Origin: Carpediemonas membranifera BICM
Taxonomy: Eukaryota; Protista; Fornicata
DNA: 64,000 nt
Reading direction: 5' to 3'
Assembly: GCA_019828565.1 (NCBI GenBank)
Contig: JAHDYR010000053.1
Span: 346,214 to 410,213, forward strand
Shown here: positions 63,549 through 64,000 of the stretch, piece by piece
How positions within the stretch are numbered: position 1 is the first letter of the stretch
Layout: every line of letters starts with the position of its first letter
Notes under the pieces: model-generated
Database searches by the model: none
Told to the model about the DNA's origin: nothing
What the model saw: the letters and a program-made list of their open reading frames with translations, nothing else
Position numbers and translations under genes: made by a program

Positions 63549-64000
63549 CTACTCGGTTACGTCCAGCTCAGCCACCTGCTGTGCCAACGCGTCCTCGGCC
63601 TCCTCCTGTGCCCGCTTCTTGTCAGGCTGTCCGGTCTTCTGGTTCTTCACCTTGCCCTTCTTCAAGGTATGCTCGGCAACCCAGTTGGCCTTGGCCTTGA
63701 GAACCGGTTTCTTGTTCTTGCTCAACTCAGCGGTCAGAGTCACATCAAATGAATCCATCAGATTCAGTGTCATATCTCCAATCATATCCTTAGATACGGC
63801 AACTTCTCCGAGTGTCCACTGGCCCTTCTTGGGCGATACAGTACTAGCAGGCAGCTGCTTGGCATCCATGTCAAACGAGTAGTCCAGCTCCGGGATATAC
63901 ATCATACATGTTTTCTCCTTGAGCACAACGATAAATGCACGATGATCTGCGCTCTTGGTCTTACGCTGGTGGTACAGGGCCCATAGGAACGCCTCTTCTG
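63549..64000 (-). CDS. 3' end of a gene starting beyond the window; possibly an S1/OB C-terminus of a Dis3-family RNase
   Basis: Frame appears open to the window edge; beta-rich AFIVVLKEKTCMMYIPEL segment. Confidence 0.4.
   Translation of the reverse strand, partial: EEAFLWALYHQRKTKSADHRAFIVVLKEKTCMMYIPELDYSFDMDAKQLPASTVSPKKGQWTLGEVAVSKDMIGDMTLNLMDSFDVTLTAELSKNKKPVLKAKANWVAEHTLKKGKVKNQKTGQPDKKRAQEEAEDALAQQVAELDVTE

Overview
Gene-dense, GC-rich eukaryotic DNA with tiny (29-33 nt) spliceosomal introns, a standard genetic code and a recurrent GTAAAT motif just after stop codons. I infer a Carpediemonas-like fornicate (metamonad) protist, but have not verified this. Host genes include SPT/LCB1, PIG-M, ARL6, a ubiquitin-like-domain kinesin-14, a RING-TRAF protein, VAMP7, USP5/Ubp14, an ankyrin-OTU protein, a WD40 protein, RPC3, Yip1, RPS4, SPT4 and a giant (PVA[A/E])n repeat protein. 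The main discovery candidate is a three-layer nest of Ty3/gypsy-type LTR elements at 34718-44364 with ultra-short LTRs of 43, 61 and 87 bp, each with a readable target-site duplication (TSD). Two are coding chromoviruses and one is a non-coding relic. Both coding elements lack a tRNA primer-binding site (PBS). Each instead has a 16-nt leader starting with a covarying palindrome (nTGATCAnTTT), and the pol ORF runs through the polypurine tract (PPT) into the 3' LTR. A 43-bp solo LTR and a further relic of the same family lie just upstream of host genes. Splicing also reveals a cysteine-free small Tim-like protein and a SWSAP1-like Rad51 paralogue.
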